Source: Eledone cirrhosa (taxonomy: Eukaryota). Taken from it: a DNA stretch of 64,000 bases. The stretch covers positions 89,776,001-89,840,000 of the forward strand of contig OZ024744.1 in assembly GCA_964016885.1 (NCBI GenBank). Reading direction: 5' to 3'. The position numbers and the translations under genes were made by a program. Below, one piece after another: positions 62,928 through 64,000 of the stretch; position 1 is the stretch's first letter; each line of letters opens with the position of its first letter. The notes under the pieces were generated by a model that saw nothing but the letters and a program-made list of their open reading frames with translations, searched no databases and had not been told where the DNA came from.

Positions 62928-63326
62928 AACTATAGTAGGTAAAGTCAATTTTTTAAAATTTATTTTGAAACTTTTTCATTATTTACTAAACCTTGTTTAT
63001 ATTTGTTCTGGCTCGTTAATTTATTAACCCGCCATTGAACCACATTGGCACTTGGTTGGACAATACATGCGTACCTTGGCGCCTTGTGCGTGAAGGGACG
63101 TATTTCATATTACTACTACCTCCACTAACGTTGAGAACAAACAGGGTCATCCCGACTGCTACTGGCAACAGCGGTGGCTAGTTTGACCTACCTCCTTTTG
63201 CCTCTATCTTTGCTACGGCCCTTGATAAACCTGTTCTACATCATCCACTCTCATCCCAGGAACAGTTTTTGATAGCGCTAGTTTGTGATTTAAATTCAGG
63301 AATTTTATATTCTTTGAATGAAAAGA

Positions 63327-63410
63327 ACCTTCTGACGAGAATCTCTCTTTGCAACGAAGGCCGTATGGTCTCCGTTTTATTTCTGGGATTCGAAACCGAT
63401 CGGTAAAGGT
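63327..63410 (+). ncRNA. Type I hammerhead ribozyme (unit 2)
   Basis: Identical motif offset by 483 nt. Predicted cut after 63405. Confidence 0.85.
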
Positions 63411-63478
63411 AACTATAGTAGGTAAAGTCAATTTTTTTAAAATTTATTTTGAAACTTTTTCATTATTTACTAAACCTT

Positions 63479-63526
<48 letters not shown>

Positions 63527-63639
63527 GTTAGAATATGTGTAATAAGGCCAAGACAATGCAGATATGGACATAGAAAAAAGAATGCAATAGTGAGAGATAT
63601 TGATGAGAATTCGTCTTTCACCTTGAATTTATTTAAATG

Positions 63640-63676
63640 TCCTTAATTTTCGAGATAATATCTCTTCTTCGGAGGG
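63640..63676 (-). ncRNA. Possible minimal hammerhead-like motif with CCGAAGA core
   Basis: CCT-CCGAAGA-AGAGAT(ATT)ATCTC-GAAA-AT-TA-AGG. Short stems. Confidence 0.35.
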
Positions 63677-64000
63677 AAGTAAAAGTCTCAGACCAGCGTC
63701 TTAAATTTCCAATGAAGCCATGCTGACCGGAAATAGTATAGAGTTCTAACTTTAATATCAAAGAATTAAAATTAGGTGGGTAAAGAGTAGTCTCCCTTTA
63801 AGAGGGGTTTGTTTATGTTTTTGTTGTGTTTTTTAAATTTTATATGCGTGCCTGTATATGTGTGTGGGAGAAAGCATGAAGGTGTAGGTATGTGTGTGTG
63901 TGAGTGTGGGAAGATAGGTCTAATCGTAAAAGTGGGGGGTAGGTGTTATCTGGTGTTAGAACTGGTTTTGTGTGTGTAGAGGCCCTATCAGGTTATAAAT

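Larger units (their letters stand above)
62583..63486 (+). mobile_element. Tandem 483-bp non-coding unit (1.8 copies), one intact hammerhead per unit, 5' terminal hairpin, in (TA)n. Retrozyme-like or mini-Penelope element.
   Basis: 62609-63002 is repeated at 63092-63485 (two substitutions seen), with an 89-nt spacer at 63003-63091. Hairpin at 62583-62632. Confidence 0.82.

Noticed and set aside
62730-63431. Duplicated 72-aa ORFs on the minus strand
   Set aside because: They are a by-product of the 483-bp tandem, antisense to the ribozymes, with no recognisable motifs.

Overview
Eukaryotic (animal) genomic DNA: AT-rich and saturated with microsatellites ((TA)n, (CA)n, (TTA)n, (TACA)n, (TAATA)n). 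The SINE families suggest a cephalopod such as octopus (inference). No host protein-coding gene is supported, and most ORF-track entries are translated microsatellites. Recognisable coding relics are a frameshifted RepHel Helitron (about 27.9-34.5 kb), a 5'-truncated Tx1/L1-clade LINE, R4/Dong-like RLE LINE fragments, an RTE-X-like LINE, three Penelope-like (GIY-YIG) fragments, many tRNA-derived SINEs and a few MITEs. The main signal the ORF track misses is non-coding: more than 20 type I hammerhead ribozyme motifs (intact, variant or partial) from about ten unrelated short families. Almost all are embedded in (TA)n tracts and many are arranged as fold-back inverted repeats. They include a 483-bp tandem unit with two intact hammerheads (retrozyme or circRNA-like), a family with a compensatory U3:A8 core and families with position-4 core variants. 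All folds were read by eye and coordinates of degenerate repeats are approximate.
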